Shown here in pieces: positions 23,744 to 38,099 of a stretch of 64,000 bases of DNA. A model generated the notes under the pieces. It did no database searches. It worked only from the letters and a program-made list of their open reading frames with translations, and was not told where the DNA came from. A program made the translations under genes and the position numbers. Source of the DNA: Takakia lepidozioides (Eukaryota; Plantae; Bryophyta); contig CM060731.1 in assembly GCA_030704615.1 (NCBI GenBank), forward strand, positions 4,774,001 through 4,838,000, written 5' to 3'. Position 1 is the stretch's first letter; the number at the start of each line of letters is the position of its first letter.

Positions 23744-26700
23744 ATGTTTGTGAAGCGTCTTATTCACAAGGCAATACCTGAGGTTTTCTCTCCCTCCAGA
23801 TCCTGCAAAATTAAATTGTGGATTGTCTTTCTTTTGCGTGGATCGATTTCCATGATCAGACGTTGTGTTGTGACGTGGGGGGGGGGGGGGTGGCTGGGGA
23901 GGGTACGAACATATGTCGGTATGAGTCTTGTTGGAATTTTGTACTCTGCTTCTGTGGAGCAGCTCCGAACCTGTATGTCTGAATATGAACTGCTTGCTAG
24001 CCATGGGCTCGTGATTCTTTCGCTGTCTTGAAGGACGCGGTAGCAAAATCTCGTTAAACATTAGGGGGCCCAACGACGCGCAAAAAATGAGAAAGAAAAA
24101 TTTCAAACGAATGTTGGTTCTCTTTTCTTTAATCATCGAGGCGGATCTACGTATTCGGTGGCCACAGAACTCAGAAATTTTGTGTATCATGCAATGTGGC
24201 CTTTCCCCTTCATTGTTTACTGTGGTTTAAATAGCGTCAATTGTACTTGATATGTTTAGGTTTCGATGATTGGTACTGTTCAACTCACATCTTCCACCTT
24301 GCGCTATGCATCTTTCTGTACAGCAAAGAAGTTTTCCTATGACAGAACTGGCAGCTAAAATAATGTTGGCTGCTACAACTTCTCTTTTTGGGATGTCCTT
24401 GTGTTCTTAGTCACACTCTTACTAGGGGGTTTGCTTTTGTTGGAAAATCCCAGCGTACTAAGCTGAGCTTGATTGAAGCCCAGAAAGTCCTCAAGGGTAG
24501 GTGAATGCAGTATGAGTTGATCTCCAATTGCTTGCTCCTGATTGCCTTCAAAGTGACAGATTCTCACCTTGATTGTAGCTTTCAGTACCCTCATTTGGGC
24601 TGGCACTGGCTGTAACTTTACTTCAGTACACTGATCTAATAATTTGTAGATTCACCCTAATGCAAATTTATCTCCCTCGATGTACATGTGGTAGGCTGCA
24701 ATCGGGAAATGGCAATATTTGCAAAGGAATAATCTAATCTAATCGAATTGGTCAAGGATGACATCTTGGGTTTTGCAGCTTACAGAACAGATCTTTGTAT
24801 TGTCATAGCAAATTGAAGTGATTATAATAAACTCTTCTATGGGCTCAACAATCTGTTGTGGATGAATCAGCTACCCATACCAGTGGGAACCTTGAATGAA
24901 GGTCAGCTAAAGCTGCGCCTTACTGCGCATCAAGGCGTTCTTGCAACAGCATCTATTTTGGCCTTCGAGCCTGTCCAACGGGTGCTTGCAGTGGCCTCCT
25001 TGTACGTGTATTTGATGCTTCCTTTTTCATCTCAAGGCTGTTTTCTTCATAAGCTGCTCACATTTAAGAAGGATGAGGCATTTGAAGGTTTTGAAAACAG
25101 CATCGACTGTGTCACATTTTCATGTTTCTGAGCTGAACTTGTACTGTAAGTGGAGCACAAGTTTTCCTTTCGCCCGTCACAGGCCACTTCTTACATTCTC
25201 TCTCAATTCTAGATATTTGAGAGGGTTTCATCCACTTGTTTTGATTGCCACTCTATTGTGATTGTGGCATTTTGTCAGAGAATGGCTAAAAGTGTGTCTT
25301 TGCGTAGCTTGCATGCTTGGGAAACATTGTCAATCAATTGCTCTTTCATGAGAAACTTTCCAGACTGAATACCTCTGCATGGTTATTGTCCCGCAAGTTG
25401 TCCAGCTTACTAGTCCCAAACAAGCACATAACCCAGTGTTTCCCTCTCCCTCTCTCTTTAGTTTTCATTCATCGAATGGCCATCATCTGCATAGATCAAC
25501 ATAATGTTGCCCCTCACAGTAGTCACCACAGATGCTTATAGTCACTCTGCAATGTAATGCTCGAGTTCCAGTTGACTGTAGCATCGAACAACAAAACATC
25601 CACCTTAAGAATCCTATATTGCCCCAAAAAAGGTCCATCCGCTTTCAAGCTTTACTCACATGATTCTAGAATTATATGTGTGTTTCCCAAGAAGAGATCC
25701 ATTTCCACCCACTTTCAGTATTCCATAGAAGAATGTGATAACCCTCTGTTTCCCATATGTTTTCTGTTTCTGGATGTTTTGATGCTCAATACGACTACAT
25801 GCACAAGTTACATGGAGTTTATTGTTGTGGAAAATGGTGGTTTTTTACGGCGTCTTGCAGGGATGGACGAATCAAGTTATTTGGTTCCCCTGGTATTGAT
25901 GCACTTTTGCAGTCACCAACACGAGCTCCTTGCAAATTTTTAGAGGTCAGTGTTCTTTGTAATGGGAGTTAGACCAGTGCTATGATGATAGCAATCCAAT
26001 CAGAGATCAGGCCACTGATTGATGCACTTTGTTTTGCAGTTTGCAAACAACAGGGGACAACTTGTTCACGTCACAACTCAAGGTGACATTGAGGTAAGAA
26101 AGTTAAGGAAGTTTATATGCATGACTGGCCCCAGAAACTTTGACTAGGACATTCACAGTAGGCAATCGATATATGTCAGCAGACTGCTAAGGTTGTTTTA
26201 CACACAATGCTGTGGAAATTTGCGCCTGAGGTTGAATGGAGCGTTTGAGAGCGCACGGATTGAAGTTGCATCCGGGGAAGTGCAAGTTTTTCCACGATGC
26301 CCTGGGTAGAAATTATTGTAAGGTTGTCAAAACTGCGCTTGCTTCAGATGTGGGATGTGGGAAAACAAGAGCTGCTATGTTCACTCAAATGGGAGGGTGA
26401 CATCACTGCTTTTGCTGTGATTCAAGGCACTCCTTTCATGTTTGTACTTTTCACCTAAACTTGTGCATTACTCTTTTACTCTGTAAATGTTGGCCACCAG
26501 TACTTTGTAAGACAGTTGTTATAACTGGATAGCATTGCTGAAATGTACAACCTACAAGAAGCATGGCATAAGCTTCTATGTGCTGGTGTTCTAGTGCAAC
26601 TGATGCTGACCCACAATTGCAGGTACATTGGGGATGATAACGGAAATGTAGTGGTACTGGAATTTGAAGATCAATTGCTGCAACTAACTCAAATGCCTTA

Positions 26701-29700
26701 TGTCATTCCTGCCCATGTCACGCTAGGTAACAATTCTGTGCCTTTGGGACCAATCTGTGTACGTATCATGAGTGAAACAATTCAGTGTATGGTGTTACCT
26801 TTGCTGTAGTGGCTTAGTTGTGAGAAGTTTTTCCGAAGTTTTTGACCAATTTTTGGCTGATCGCATGATTGCAGGTGGGATAGTGAGGGCTGGAAGTAGC
26901 ACCGCGCCTGCAGTTGTAGGCATTCTTCCACAACCTGATGCTCCATACAGCAGGTACAGATGCACTACAGTTGCTTGTGTGATGTATTTGTTTCAGAAAG
27001 TTGAAGAGGGAAAGAGGATTTGTCAATCATAGTTCGTAACTATTACAGTCATAGTGTTGGATCGTCATCATTTCTAACCTTACCTTCTAGAGTTCCATGT
27101 GTCTCTGTGGAGGTTTGTATATTTTTCATCAGTTGCTGGCTGCCTTTAATGTCTAGTGTTCTCTCTGTCCACAGGGTGGTAATCGCGTATGCAAATGGTT
27201 TGATTGTTCTTTGGAGTCTTCATGGGATGCAAATTCTGGCTGTCCATGGTGGCACGAAGAAGCAATGCGAGAGGCTGGCAGAACATGCAGCCAATCTAGA
27301 AGAACCACACAACATTACTCAAAAGTTGGCTGAGCAGGCTGCATCTCTGGGCGGACAGCTTCACTCACCTGCTTCCCCCGAGTCTTCTATATTAGAGGAG
27401 GATGATGAAGAAGAGAAGGAAATTTGCACTGTCTGTTGGGCCTGTCCAAGGGGCAGCATCCTGGCTGCAGGTTATGTGGATGGTGATATCTGGCTTTGGG
27501 GCTTTCCTACAGCACCCAGGGAAAAGGACCTGGGGGAGCAGCCTGAAACACCAAGTCCTAGTCCACCAGGGATCCCAGTGCGCAAACTAGACCTGGCACC
27601 TGGCAATGCAGCAAGGATGCCAGTTATTGTGTTGAAATGGTGTCGCAGCACTGGAGTGAGCAAGGGTTCAAGCAGCTGGCTTTATGTTTATGGTGGTGGT
27701 GAAGTGGGTGCTCCTCAAATGCTGACGGTTGGTTTCTTGTTTTCTCTATACATCTTGCACCTTTTGGTGTTGTTAATATGACAAATGTACTTGGAAAACA
27801 GTTTGCAATTCCTCTGACAAAGTATTAGGATTTTCTCCTTATTATTATCAGGAAGAGGTTTAGTTGTTTTTAGCTGGAAATAGACATAAGACAATAAGCT
27901 CTGTGGATGCCCAGGTTACTATCGGCCTTTTCAAATTGGTGTGAAGTGCGTATTAGGGATGCTACTATCTCTGCAGGTGGTGTGTCTTGAGGAGGAGGTG
28001 AGCGATAGTAAGTTGCGAAAGCTGGAGATATTATTGCATGGGCCATTTGCAGACATGACGCTGCTGCCAACTGAAGGTAGCAGCCTGACCATGCCACTGG
28101 AAACTGTACTGGTGCTCACCTCACCTGCCCTGCTGCACTTCTACAATGAGGCTGTTATTGCCTCTTGCTTCTCCACTTCATCTGAAGGCACCTCCATTCC
28201 TTCATCCTTGCAGTCAGTGGCCTGGCAACCACCTGTAACTGAAGTTACCACAGCCAAACTCGTTTTGGTCTCGAATGGTTCTGTGGGTGCCATTGTACTC
28301 TCACAGGTACTACCTCAATTCATCTGCATTAAAAACACTTGTGACTTTTAGACCAGTGTTGACATGTTGCGCTCTTTTGAACATCAATGGATGCTCCGTG
28401 CTTTCAGGAACTATGGAGCCTTATAGAATAGACATGAGGTTTGGCAAGTTGGTGTGATGAGAGTCTCTTCTGATGTTCTGTTTGGATAACACAGTTAGCT
28501 GGGGACAGTAAGGGTATCCTACCCTCTACGTTGCCAGCTGGAATGCAGTCGCCCATCACTGGAGGAATAAGAAGCATGGTTGCAGCCTCTTTTGACCAGA
28601 AAATGGCAAATGGAAGCATTCTCCTCACTGGACATAAAAGTGGGATTGTGAAAGTGTGGAATGCCTCGTCACCTTCAATGTGCCTTATTTGTAGCGTGGA
28701 TCATGAGGTGTGAAAACTTTTTTATTGTGAATTTTGAAGAATGTGTAGCTTTGATGCTGAAAAATCTCTTACCTGATCATATTGGTGTTTTACAGGATGG
28801 CCTTGCAGGCCTTAGGTTGGTTTGAGGGGGACTTTTTCAAACTTGCTCTCTGTGTGCAACTTTAGTGCTTTGACATCTGTCTCTCCCTAACATTGGAGGT
28901 GATTCTTGCAGAGCAATGTGGATCCAGGCTCAATCTCAGCATTGGATTTCTGTCCAGAATCTGGTGTTCTAGCAGTGGGCAACAACTGTGGCCGGGTACC
29001 TCCTTACATATTTCTGTCACTATTTGCTGTAATAGCAATGAACGAGGATTTCATTTTCTTCAAAATATCTAGCTTATCACCAGAAGTGGCACTGGAATGG
29101 GATAATTCAGTCGATGCCAGGACTGATGAGTTCGCGGTCGTGTAGGTGTGGTTGCACACACTTAGTGCAGAACCACGCGAGGTCAGTTGCCACATGATCA
29201 CTGGTGACAAACAAACATGCACTGGTAACTAGTCTAACCTTTCTTTCAAGGTACAACATTGCTTGAAAGTTATTGGGGCATTTGACCTGTGCTATTAAGA
29301 CTGAGGCATATCAACTTGACATGACCAGATATAATCTGTCTGCTTTGTTCTAATATTCTAAAATTGATGATGTGGCAGAGGTAATGTTGAAGGCATCTGC
29401 AGGCTTTCAATGTATTGCCACTCTAAGTGTGCATCAAGCTGCAATCCAGAGTATTGTTATCGCTATTGGTTCAGCCCGCATTGCTGTTGGCGACGAAGGT
29501 GGTATGGTAAGTTTAGATTTACTTCATCTAATGTCCAAATCCTCCTTTTATGTCAGAAACTCAAGGGGGCATCAATACATGATGTCTCAACTACCTTGAA
29601 ATTGAATTGGCCCTGGTGAAAGACATTTTGTCTAATAGGCCCAAGATGAAGTAGACTGAATAGGATCTTACATAGCAGTGAATTTCCTCTTCAGGGTGAC

Positions 29701-32700
29701 AGAGATTTTTATGTCCTTTCTATCCAATTTCCTCAGAATAGATTGCATCTTCTAGTTGGTTTGGGGAGTTCAAAGAATGATATTGCACACCATCTCACAA
29801 TGCAAACTTTGAATGAAGGGCATTTCATGTTTAATATTGTGTGCAGATATCACTGCTTGATCTGACAACATGCTCTCTTCTCTATCATGACAGTTGTTTT
29901 GATAGCAACTCAAGTGTCGTGAGTCTTGCTTTTGCAACTCTTCATCTATCTGATGATGGCACGCCTGTCTCATCGCCCCCTTCATCACCTTTTTCTTCCA
30001 AGAAGCAATCTCACCTTCCTTCAGGCTTCACACAAGTGGTATATGCGTCAAACAAGGATGCAACTATTGTGGTTATTGATGGGAGCACAGGTGCTTTCAT
30101 TGGTCCGGGTCCGTTGCAACCAAAGAACCCCTCTATTGCATTGTCTCTGCACCTTCTAGGTGGGTTCTTTCTCCTTTTATCAGCAATCCGATTGCTGTCC
30201 TACTTCACGATAACCTTAAGCTCTGTTCTCATTAGTTTGTTTTTTATATTTGATGGCATGGAGGGGGATGAGAACAATGATTGACACTGTGGGCATGGAG
30301 GGACACAGATGCTTTCGGTGCTCCTATCACATCACTGACCGACAAGGAGCCCAAGGAATTGAATGGGAGCCACTCATTCCCAGCTGGTGCAGGCTCAGAT
30401 GCCTTGTTTTTGCTTCTCTGCTGTGAAGACTGCTTGCGCCTTTACTCCGCATTTGCTGTCATTCAGGTGATTGGCTTCTCTCTAGTCCATCCTCATTTTG
30501 CGTTCTCTTGGAAATGTCACTATTCCAGTAGGTATTGAGCTTTGAAGAATTACATATCTTAGGTTGTGACCCTTAGTCTGGGCAATGGTAATGTGCGTGT
30601 TGTCCTGTTGTTGATATTCAATCAACAAATTATTGACATGTGTCTGGGAGAAAATGGTTTCTGGGTGTGAAATTACTGCTCTTTTGCAAGAGTATTCTGT
30701 AGAAAAGGCAGAGTGCGCAAATGTTCCTCACATCCCAAAAGCTTCCACAAGTGCATGTCCATTTCATAGAAAGTGCAGAACGCTGGCTTGTTTCATCTTG
30801 CACTCTTTCCATACGATGAACACATTTTGCAAAGTTTTGTATTGAGCTGCTGCTAAAGCCAGTATGATGGCTGGCAGGGGCAGTTTAACACTCTGCGAAA
30901 AGTGAAGCTGTTGGCACCCTGTTTGAGGGCTGCCACTTTTCAGCTTCCTGGTACTCATTCCGCCGGCCTCCTCCTCTTTTACCAGTCTGGTCAGCTTGAA
31001 CTTCGGTATGTAACTCGCAAATGCTCTGTATCTTTTATTTGGCCGGAGCAATTTTTTGGGTTGGGGCAGAGAACTTGTACTCGAGGTTTGCATGTTGCAG
31101 TCGCCCACTGACAAACAGGCCTTGCACATTTTTCAATCAGGTCGCTGCCAGATTTGGGCACTTTACAGGTGACGACATTAAGCACATGCTTAAAATGGGA
31201 GCTTGACCCCAGCTTGATCTCCTTGAATACACTCACATGCGCTCCAAATGGACGCCTTGCATTGGTATGGTGTAATACGCATTCTTCTTGATGCCCAGTT
31301 TTTTGCTCACTGTCTGTTTTGTTCAACCTTCAACCAGGTTGGTGTGCTGAGTTCTTGTCTTTTGAGGTCTAGTCTGCTCTTTACTCACAGACTTCTTCTC
31401 CTTCATTTTTCCTCATGGTGAGGCAGAGTTTGCCCATGGGATCCTTTTGTAGGATCTCAAAGTTGATGTGGTTAACAGTGCATGCCTGAATGTTTTTTGT
31501 TCACTTGATTGCTGGTTGGACTACATATTCGACTGGGCAGATTGATGGAGACAGGGAGCTCATTCAAATGTCTTTACTTGCAGAGGAAAATGATCTGAGG
31601 TAATGTTTTGTTCTTTCTGTAGTCTGGTTGGTGGCCTTTGGTCCACTTCCTACGGTCATATGTTCCTCATTTTTTTATTTCCTGTTTGACTTTTTACAGT
31701 GGCCTAGGTCTTGACCTTGATTATAAAGAGCTGTCTTGCATTGGTTTGACCAACTGCCATTTGTTGTGTTATGTTTCCTTACTAGCAGCATCCAACAGAT
31801 GGCGCTGTGGTTAGGGCAGAAGGCCGCCTTATAAGCGGTCGTGGGTTCAAAGCACATAGGTGTATGTTAGCCAACCGAGCTATAACAGGGGGGGTTGCTG
31901 GGTCAACCGGTTACCTAATGAGTGGATGACTTGGGACTTTTGAGTCCTTGGGGATGTTTGGGCAACCACGTTAACCGTTAGAAGGTGTCCACCTTCCAAA
32001 CGGAAGGCAGTAGCCCTTTGGGATGAAGTGACACCATAATATATGTTTTCTTCAGCAGAGTTTACCTTTTTACTTTTTATGAGCCTTACTCTTACAAGCG
32101 ATATTGTTACCTGCGCTCTTACCTTGCTCTCATGCTGTTACCGTCCTCTTCAATGTACCTTGTTTTAAGATTGTCTTTATGAAGTGTCAGATGGAATCTT
32201 TCCAATGTAAGAGTCAACCAGCTTACAAGCCTTGTCTACAGACCTTCACTAGAGCATGCAGTAACTGATGGTTTGGAGCAAGGCAACATGAGTGAGTCGG
32301 GGGGGGGGGAGTGTGACTGAGACCACATGTAAACAACCTAAATTGTCAAGCTAATCAGTCTTTCATGTTTATCTCCAGGCTACCGGAGTCCTTAACATGT
32401 CTTTTTGATAAGGATCTTGCTGCTGCAGCAGAAGCAGCTATCAATTCTGCTACATATATCCCAAAGAGGAAGGTACAAGCTTGTTTGCACTGGACTCTCC
32501 CATCTTACGACACTAGTGTCGTACTGGCTTTACGGTTGGCTATGGGGCATAATCCTTGTTTCCCCAGTCTTGAGATGTCTGGAAGCTTAGTAGTAAGTAT
32601 GGTCCAGTTGTACTATTACAATGTTATGACTAAACACATTTTGCCATTGCAGCAGTCACAGATGCAAGTGTTGTTAGGAGGTGTGATAAAGGAGATCAGG

Positions 32701-34339
32701 AGTGCACTGGAGCAGAAGCCCCCTGTTCTGCACTCTGCATCTGATTTATCTAAGCTTTTCTCTTCCCGGCCGTTCACAACCAGTCCTGCCAATCACTCAA
32801 AGGGGCCTTCTGACTTTTCGGCCTTGGATATGGGTATAATATCTCATACTGTGTTTCCCTGACAATCATGTGCAATACGAGAAGGATATCAAGTATACAT
32901 TTCTGTTCTGTTATTAACTCCCCCCCCCGCTGAATTTCTCGGTTGCTTCATGTGAATGTCTCAGCATTGATGTAAACGCTTGCACGTCCTTCATGCAGAT
33001 GACATTGAGATCGACAACCTAGAGGAGATTTCCCCAAGAGAAACAAGTGGATCTTCCAGTAGAAGAAAATTCGTCAACAAACTCAAACTGACTCTTAAAG
33101 GTACAACTGCAACTGAATCTGTAACTAACTTTGCTTTTACCTTGTTATCAGTGCTTCTAGAGTGTGGCCCAGCACTGTAAAGTCCTCAATGCTGCATCTC
33201 CTTCACCTAAGAAGCCCTTAAACAAATGCTTGTCCATGAGTATGACTGCATCTCCGTTGCAAAAATCTGCGGACTTTGCAACAGATTTGTCCCTGATTTG
33301 ACAACAAGCATTTTGGCAGTACCTAGGTAGCAGCTGCATCTTTACTGTGTTTGTAACACCATTGTACACAGGCAAGGAGAAGAGCAAGGAAGCAGACAAC
33401 AGAGCAGAGCTGTTTGGGGAGAAAGCAGAGGACATTCAGCCAAAAGCACGCACCGTAGATATGATTAAAACTGCCTATGGCTTCAAGGGGGGGGTAAGTA
33501 CTCGACACTCTTACATTTGGTTAGGACAATGGTGCCTTTGTCAAGGTCTGTGTTTGAACTGGCAGATATGGTGCCTCAAGTTTTTGTGTTCTCTTATGGG
33601 TGCCTTGTTTAGTGCAGGATGCCTCAGGTGCAGCCGGACTCGCCAGGGATAAGCTTTTGGAACGGGGAGAGAAGCTTCAGGTGCTTTACTCTTTTGCATT
33701 TGCAGCTGAGAGATTTGCAATGCTGCTTTCTTCTTGGGGAAAGCTTACATTTTCATCAATCTGAGACCAGGAAATGCTCCAGACTACTGCTACTTTAGTG
33801 TCACAGTACTTCAAATACACTACATCTGTTCTAGAGACATGGGAAAGCAGACATTTCCTCAGTTTGCCTGCACGTATGCAGATCTATGCTACAAGCCTCA
33901 AATGACTTTTCTCATGTGCTACACTAGGAGTACTCAGACTCTGGAGGCACTGGTTCCAAATGAAACCAAATTTGTTTGCTGTGTCAGCAATTAGACACCT
34001 GAATTGCGCCGTCCAAGCAAGACTACTCTAGGTTTAGTCCAAACAGCTGATGATATGGAAGAATGCACATCTCCAATAGCATTAGTCACAGTTGGTTCAC
34101 TTACCCCAGATAATACACCTGTTCTAGCGTTGGTTGTTTTACAATGATTATTGATCTACAGAGCAGCCTGTCTGGTCAATTTAAGTGTGCTTTTCTGACA
34201 GGAAGTGATTGTTTTGTGTCATTTCTGTCAGGCGCTTAGTGAGCGGACGGAGGAACTGGAATCAGGGGCAGAAAACTTTGCGTCATTAGCAAAAGAACTC
34301 GCCAACAAGATGGAAGGGAGGAAATGGTATCATTTTTAG
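23744..34339 (+). CDS. tomosyn / lethal-giant-larvae-like WD40 protein (syntaxin-binding protein 5-like), ~24 exons
   Basis: GT-AG exons read [13 protein letters not shown] / ...[18 protein letters not shown] / DGRIKLFG...PCKFLE / ...YIGDDNGNV / ...[10 protein letters not shown]...[10 protein letters not shown] / ...[13 protein letters not shown] / ...DDIEID / ...[11 protein letters not shown] / [13 protein letters not shown] / [35 protein letters not shown]. This is the plant tomosyn layout with a C-terminal R-SNARE-like helix. Internal exon bounds approximate. Confidence 0.92.
31789..32041 (+). mobile_element. tRNA-derived SINE in an intron, with a LINE-derived 3' end
   Basis: A box tggcgctgtgg (~31800), B box ggttcaaagc (~31844); 3' ggcagtagcc...tgaagtgac matches the LINE 3' end; degenerate flanking direct repeat tatgttt(c/t)ctt...agcag. 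Confidence 0.65.
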
Positions 34340-36887
34340 TGCACATTCAGCATCCAGCAGATGACCCAGTCATCAGGAGCAATGCATCTTGAGTGTCACT
34401 ATTATTATTGCCTACCAGCAATGAAAGGGCTGGCAAAGCAATCATCATCTGTTGTTGTCAAGACACCACTTTGTCCCACTTGAGTGATTGGAATTGCCGT
34501 CTCCCAAATGGGAGGTGATCGTCATCCTGGGTGAAGAGACACCATAATTCAAGTTTCTTATGGCACTTATCTTACCTTTCTTTTCTGATTGGTCAATGTG
34601 CATCAACCCTTGGCTGCCCATGAGTCAGGTCATGTGGATTCCGTCCAGTGCCAAAACTTGCAGCTAGGCTGCTTGATAAAAGTTGTAGAGGATAAAAATT
34701 GTCTTTTCATGGTACCTACCACATCCAGGGGATTAAAGGTCAGTGAGATACGGCCACTTGAATGCCACTTACACTCTTCCTTTTTTGGGAGCCCACCCTT
34801 AGTACTTGTGCAGTCCCGTACGCAGAATTGAATGGCACATCAGTTTACCAATTGTACATAGTCCGAAGATTTTGGCAATTCGAATGAGCTTAAAGGTTTA
34901 TACTACAACAAGTCCTTAGAGGGCCATGGCAAGCTAGAGGAAAAAACACTGTGATCTTCAAATCTGGAAGCATATGTGTATATGTATACATATATGATGC
35001 CATGCCAACCAAAGTCACTGTAAGTAGGAGCTTGAATGCATAACAAGGACCAAGGAATTGTAAGTCTACATATGGGTCTTTATGTTTAGATAGCGAGGGC
35101 TTTCCAACGGTACCAAGCACTTAGGGTGGGCCCCGCAGTTTGGGACATCTCAAATCTACAAAACAAAACAAACAAAACAAAACAAAACAAACATCTCACT
35201 TCATGTATTGATGTATATAGTGAAGCAGATGGTACACCCAAAACTTTTTTTTACAAGACACCGCCAAAGGAAGACTGATTAATTTAAGGACCTAACATAG
35301 AAAAAACCAGGGAAGCAAGGATAAGACTGTGTTGCAAAAGGTAAAATTTTAGTGCTTGCTCCTAAGCCCTAAGCGCGGCCCGAAAGGGGCCTCCAGCCAA
35401 CGTCCGCCAGGTGTAACTTGGTGAGATCTTGTTCAAAGGAGAGAAGGTAGAAATCGAGATGAGGCTTGCAGAATCCTGAAGGAAGTTGGAGGCAGTAATG
35501 GATCGAACAAAGTGGTGGGGAGGAGAGACTTGGCCAGAGTGATGAGAGGGTAGGGCTATGTCCACAGGAAGAGAGATACATGGCAGTACATTGGGTCTCG
35601 AGAATCTCTTGTTTCGTTTCGTGGTTTGGATACAAAGCAGCCAACATCTTTTCCGATCCTTGTGTCTTTATGTAGGATGTAGGATTGCATTCACTAGGGG
35701 GTGGAGAGACTCTCCTAGAATGTCAGTAGGACCTTGGGTTGCAAATGCCGGTGCGAAGAGGATGTTGAGATCGTAGAGAGGACACCATTTATATGGTCCC
35801 TAGTTTGTTGGAGGTCATCCCTGTGGTTTTCCTCTTCGATTTCAAGTATAGCTAGATGTCAAGAGGGCTGGTCTATTGATCTAATTTTCCCCAAGAAGGC
35901 TAAAGGCCTTTGGGGAGTATGTGTTGGTTTTTCCTGTCCTTTCCAGGGGCTGCCCAACAGCCATAGCCAAGGGAAAAGGGATCCCGTAGGACCAACTTCC
36001 ATGTCCCGGCCGTTGGAAAATGTTGACTAGATAATAAAAAAATGACACCGCGCTTCCATGTATTAATTAATAATTTTCGCCGGCGCCCAGATATCGGTGA
36101 GCGCAATACCTGGGAATTTGGCGCCAGAGTTCAATGGCGGATAATCGGTAATCACTTTTGACCTGTTGTACTGGGTTACCATGTCTCTTCTACCTGCTGT
36201 AAAGGTCACCTTTGTGCACATTGCTTGTCGGGACCCGCCACACCCTTTCCTTGTGCGAGGCTCATCACACTCACAAGCTCTTCATACTCATCGGACCTGC
36301 TAGAGGGTGTTCATGCCAGGCTCTCATGTTCATGCAGAACTACTCGCTCTTCACACTTGCCGGGACCCACCAAATCTAGTAGTTTGGCAACTATAGTGCG
36401 CTTGGCGTACACTCTTGCCAAGCTATGGGCTCTACATCATCAAGTCTTCACAAGAGTCGGAACCCACCAACTTTTGTCATTTGGCTACTACAAGTAAGTA
36501 CACTCTGACCCCACTTAGTATGACTCTTTTAGTAATGTGTTACATGATATAATGATGAGGAATGTTTGAGGCAGATTAAGGTGTCATTACTATCAATAGT
36601 AGAGGTATAGATAAAGATACACACATATTACTTCTATTATGGTTTAGACACAGATTAGGGGATGAATTTGAAAACATTTAAGAGAAGAGAGAATTATGCA
36701 GGGTGCCTGTTGATTGTCGGCAATTGATATTAGGTTTTATTTTTCCGGTCATGGCGTATACGAGTTCTAGTTTGTCAGGGTGGTTTCTCCAGAAGATACT
36801 CCTCTTCAAGATGGAATTCCTAACCAAGATGAAGATGAGGTTGTTTATTGGAAACCACAAGGATTAGAGAGAGAGAGAGAGAGAGAA

Positions 36888-36941
36888 GACTCCAGCCGAA
36901 GCCGGCGTAACTAAGAGCCACTTCGCCTTACGGCTACTGCC
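36888..36941 (-). promoter_or_regulatory. structured 3' terminal RNA element of LINE copy 2
   Basis: ggcAGUA-gcc-GUAA-ggc-GAAg and ccggc-UUCG-gcugg. Confidence 0.7.
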
Positions 36942-37099
36942 CCTTGTCGGGGGTGGGTCCTATATAGAAGACAGGTGACCGGTTGGTCACCTAGTAACCA
37001 AGGTATGTGTGTTGTGGTGGTAGAAAGAAGAATGAGGGGGTATCATCAGGGGGGAGAGGGGGGGGGGGGGGGGGGGGGCTTAGCGTTCCTAGGGTACTG

Positions 37100-37760
37100 A
37101 TGTTGGATTGGACTCGAGTTTTCGTTTATTGTGATAATACCTGTGAGAGAACGGAGGGCTGTGAGGTGGATAGCTTGAAAACATTTGTGAATTAGGGAGA
37201 TAGGGATGTGAAAGTTTTTTCGCATGTCATTAATGTTGGCGTTGTGTATGCCTCCTCTAGTACCTACCGTGATGATGGTTAGAGGACCGGTGCGCCATCC
37301 TCGCCGGCGGATAGCAAGGATGAGTGGGGCGTATTTTTGCCGTTTTTCCAGGATAGAGTCTTGTGGGTATCGGTCGTGACAGTATGTGAACTCGATGAAG
37401 TGGACGGTGAGTGATGGGGATGGTGTGGTAGGAGGTAGGGTAGCCATCTGTAGACCCTGTACTAGTAGAATATCTGGGCAGAGTCTGGCTGGACATATGC
37501 ATGTTCGAGAGGTACAAGTACATGGAAGCAGCCATGGTGGGACAGTGTGATCGGGTGGGCGATCTTGGTATGTGCCTACGTTAAGGAGTGTGTACCATCT
37601 GGTTTCAGCGCGGCTGAGGAGTAGTTTGTGAATATGCCATACTGCTTGGTTATGTTGGGTAATATGTAGGTCATGTATGATAGAGTGTGTACATTGGCTA
37701 AGTAAGTGTGGCTAGGTGTCACGTTCTTGATGGGTGCCTGAACAGAGTGGGCAGTATGGA
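37100..37760 (-). pseudogene. CCHC knuckle and restriction-like endonuclease (RLE)
   Basis: YCPLCSGTHQERDT*PHLLSQC; RLCPDILLVQG ... HFIEFTYCHD...EKRQKYAPL. Confidence 0.8.
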
Positions 37761-38099
37761 GATGGAAAAAGACGTGGCCAGAAAATGTGTTTGCGCTGGT
37801 GTCCCATGTACTGGGCGTATCTGAATTTAAGGACTTGACGGATTTGTGCATCTGTAGTGACTTTGGTATTCCAGAAGTGATTTGATAGTTTATGGTGTAG
37901 CACATTGGATTGTGTCCATTTTTTGATGTGGACTTTAGTATGGCTAATTGATGCAGCAGCTTGTTTGTTAGCTTCCCTGGTGAGAGTGACAAAGAGATTG
38001 CGAACGGGTCTGGGTGCAGGTGGATCTGGAACAGGGTGTATAAACCAAAATGGGTGAGTGTAGGCAATGTGAATAGGGTCATCAGAGGGGATCACATGA

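Noticed and set aside
31792-31865. Functional tRNA gene
   Set aside because: A and B boxes are present but I cannot fold a cloverleaf, and it continues into a LINE-like tail
24373-34831. Many short ORFs overlapping the tomosyn locus
   Set aside because: They are exon-intron read-throughs or antisense frames of the spliced gene
35362-36030. Possible further LINE fragment
   Set aside because: No diagnostic motif found in any frame I read
36198-36544. Possible solo LTR (TG...CA)
   Set aside because: No target-site duplication and no second copy in the window
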